Shown here in pieces: positions 54,766-56,835 of a DNA stretch of 56,835 bases. The stretch comes from a virus (taxonomy: Duplodnaviria > Caudoviricetes), in the IMG/VR virus record IMGVR_UViG_3300038825_001331, positions 1 through 56,835 of that record; one strand, 5' to 3'. Below the pieces are notes generated by a model. The model worked only from the letters and a program-made list of their open reading frames with translations. It was not told the origin of the DNA and did not search any database. How positions within the stretch are numbered: position 1 is the stretch's first letter; every line of letters starts with the position of its first letter. A program made the translations under genes and the position numbers.

Positions 54766-54839
54766 CCAATTTTAGGGGTCAATCGGAGCGAGTGCATTTG
54801 CAATATGCCCATGACCCGATAGATACTGATTGAGCGAGG

Positions 54840-55555
54840 CGGGAACCCGGTAACGGGGACCGGCCAAGCGATGCTCTTTTAGGTTCTGAAGTTTCGCGAG
54901 TCGAGCACTGGCCCATTGAATCCCTGGATTCTATATAGTGCGCATCGTTTGAGGTATCGTGGATTGAATCCACGGAGGATAGGCCTTGGGTCTATTCGGA
55001 GTGAGCTGGTCACCATGGTGACGGGCGTAGCTTGAAGGCGTCTTTAAACGCGTCACGATACCGTCAGGTCTTTGACATCCTGTATTGTTTGGTAGTTAGT
55101 TAATAAATCGAGCGGCGTTAAGTAAAGCGCACCGATTGGCAAGTGGAGATAAAGACCAGCTATTCCGAGCCATGGCGAAGGGTAGCATATAGGGGCGGCG
55201 CGGTGATTCCGGCCAAGCCTATATTGGGTCAAGTCAATGAAGCGATACCCAGGGGTATCAGTCAACGGTGTGGCATTGAAAAGCGCTCAACGGTGGACGG
55301 ACTAACTACCAGGCAAGCGACATAACAGGCCAGAGTAACGCACCACAGAAACGTCGCAGTGACTGTGTGAGTCTGGCCGAATGAGGTAGCGGGATAGCGA
55401 TAGCAAGCTATCCGATGGAATGGTAACGCGGTTACGCGGTGCCGGACTCGTTTCCTGGTAGGGGTGCTGAGGCCCTACCGAAATAAACCGTACCCGGTTA
55501 GGGTACCCCTTAAGCGCATGAACTATGTGGTCCGTGTGCTTATCAGTCCCCTAAC
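54840..55555 (+). ncRNA. Putative large structured non-coding RNA (~720 nt)
   Basis: More than a dozen nested stems, including a 17-bp long-range helix 55085-55101/55300-55316; G-U wobbles work on the + strand; no credible ORF. Confidence 0.7.
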
Positions 55556-55569
55556 GCTTGAGGTTTATC

Positions 55570-56196
55570 ATGCCTAAACTACGTCTAATCGACGCCACCC
55601 CTACACCTGACAAAAGGCGAAAGCCCGCTGCCCGCTTGGAGTCTATGGCTCGTGCCGGTGTGGACGGTCGCCACTGGTACGCCACCGCCACCGCTAATGT
55701 GGTATCCGCTTCCCGTGTTCTCAACTGTTCGCCTGAATGGTTCGCTGCTGTCTTAGGTGTAACCTCTCCAAGGGTCCACGTATCCCGTAACGTCAAGCTA
55801 TCCATAGCCTATGCCCTTAACGGGTCCACCGCTGGCACTATGCCCATGGTACGTGTCGGACTGGCCAAGTTATCCGCCATTGGTGGCCGCCACTGTCAGG
55901 ACCTTGACGCCATGACTGCCACCATGGGACCCAAGACAGGACCGTTCGCCCGTGCTTTAGCTGGTGACCTCGACGCTGTAGTGCTCGACGTGTGGATGGC
56001 CCGTGCCCTTGGCCTTGACCAGGCACAGTTCAGTCACAAGCCCACCCATCGGAAGGCATGCGACCGTATCCGCCAGGTAGCTGACCGCCTTGGGTGGAGA
56101 CCGGCAGAAGTGCAGGCTGCCATCTGGACCGCCGCCTATCGTGCCCACTATACTGACGCTACAGTACCTCAGTTCACTATCTCACTTGACGCATAA
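55570..56196 (+). CDS. HhH-GPD-like DNA glycosylase-related phage protein (DUF7178-like)
   Basis: WY...TSPR...N...GPKT..F...L.G....VVLDVWM.R...VQAAIW pattern; GAGG SD. Confidence 0.6.
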   Translation: MPKLRLIDATPTPDKRRKPAARLESMARAGVDGRHWYATATANVVSASRVLNCSPEWFAAVLGVTSPRVHVSRNVKLSIAYALNGSTAGTMPMVRVGLAKLSAIGGRHCQDLDAMTATMGPKTGPFARALAGDLDAVVLDVWMARALGLDQAQFSHKPTHRKACDRIRQVADRLGWRPAEVQAAIWTAAYRAHYTDATVPQFTISLDA

Positions 56197-56233
56197 CCCC
56201 CTTATAACCCACTCTATTGGAGACTCTATCATG
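56191..56233 (+). repeat. Stop-to-start intergenic repeat copy
   Basis: GCATAACCCCCTTATAACCCACTCTATTGGAGACTCTATCATG. Confidence 0.9.
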
Positions 56234-56815
56234 ACCTGGACTATCGACCGCATCCACCGCGCCGCTACCACTATCGACATCCTCAACCGTATCATCTGTG
56301 ATATGCAGGATATAACCTACAATGCCACCGCCACCGCTCCCGATACGTGGCCCGCACTACAGGCCAGTGCCAAGTGGGGGAACCAGGGTGCTGCGTTTGG
56401 TTACAACTGGCATGCACTCCGCCACCGCGAAGTGTGGAACGGCGGTAGCGAACACACTATCTTCGCAGGTCCCGGTATCGCTGCCCCCACTGCCCGTGAC
56501 CGTAACTTCCGAGCCCGTGCCGTTCATGATTTCATTCACCTGGTCACCAATAACGACTTCACCCCCAAGGGTGAGCGCGCTACGTGTGAGCACCAAGTGC
56601 GATGGATGGAGTCCGCATGGGCTGCCCGTGTCAACGTTAGCCGCAAGCTATTCGACCGTACCATCCACGACCTTTCCGACGCCATCGCCTTGGTCCGTGC
56701 CGAGGTAGCTGGACAGGTGGAGTACAACGAAACGCACGACGGCGCCTTTCCCGTTGACCAGCTACAGTTCGCGCTCGACTACCTCAACGGTACCGCACCT
56801 GCGGACATGGCATAA
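56231..56815 (+). CDS. Conserved phage protein with HDxxH (zincin-like) motif
   Basis: RAVHDFIH...FTPKGE...AEVAGQ...GAFP; ATG 56231 follows the repeat SD. Confidence 0.6.
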   Translation: MTWTIDRIHRAATTIDILNRIICDMQDITYNATATAPDTWPALQASAKWGNQGAAFGYNWHALRHREVWNGGSEHTIFAGPGIAAPTARDRNFRARAVHDFIHLVTNNDFTPKGERATCEHQVRWMESAWAARVNVSRKLFDRTIHDLSDAIALVRAEVAGQVEYNETHDGAFPVDQLQFALDYLNGTAPADMA

Positions 56816-56835
56816 CCCCCTTACAACCTACCATA
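56810..56835 (+). repeat. Stop-to-start intergenic repeat copy spanning the circular junction
   Basis: GCATAACCCCCTTACAACCTACCATA continues into TCGGAGACTATCATG at 6-20. Confidence 0.85.

Larger units (their letters stand above)
1..56835. mobile_element. Complete, circularly closed tailed phage genome, probably podovirus-like and lytic
   Basis: Terminase, portal, capsid, tail and replication modules are all present and no host housekeeping genes were seen. The last 5 nt equal the first 5 nt and their join restores the intergenic repeat at 725-765. Confidence 0.92.

Noticed and set aside
54579-55325. Short ORFs of 60-77 aa in the non-coding region
   Set aside because: No convincing SD or motif, inconsistent strands; better explained by repeats and RNA structure.
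55480-55510. Group II intron domain V (GTACGGTT on the minus strand)
   Set aside because: No AGC/CGC triad helix at the right spacing, no RT gene and no interrupted gene.

Overview
Apparently complete ~56.8-kb dsDNA phage genome. It closes into a circle via a 5-nt overlap (CCATA) that rebuilds a conserved intergenic repeat. It is probably a lytic podovirus-type phage: no integrase, RNA polymerase, sheath or tape-measure gene was recognised. Two arms diverge from a ~2-kb non-coding region (53.6-55.6 kb) and meet at a hairpin terminator at 18.1 kb. The + arm carries small early genes (DenV-like and HhH-like glycosylase candidates, SAM-lyase-like and acidic DNA-mimic candidates), an L,D-transpeptidase-like lysin, primase-helicase, Cas4-like exonuclease, SF2 helicase, SSB, PolA, RuvC-like resolvase and a metallophosphoesterase. 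The - arm carries terminase, portal, class II RNR, scaffold, capsid, tail and internal virion genes. Main unexplained signals: a ~720-nt densely base-paired non-coding RNA ahead of the first early gene, two more structured RNA elements among the early genes, a cassette-like stop-to-start repeat, and 15 TTGAC promoters in two strand-specific classes. All protein calls are from motif recognition by eye, with no database searches.
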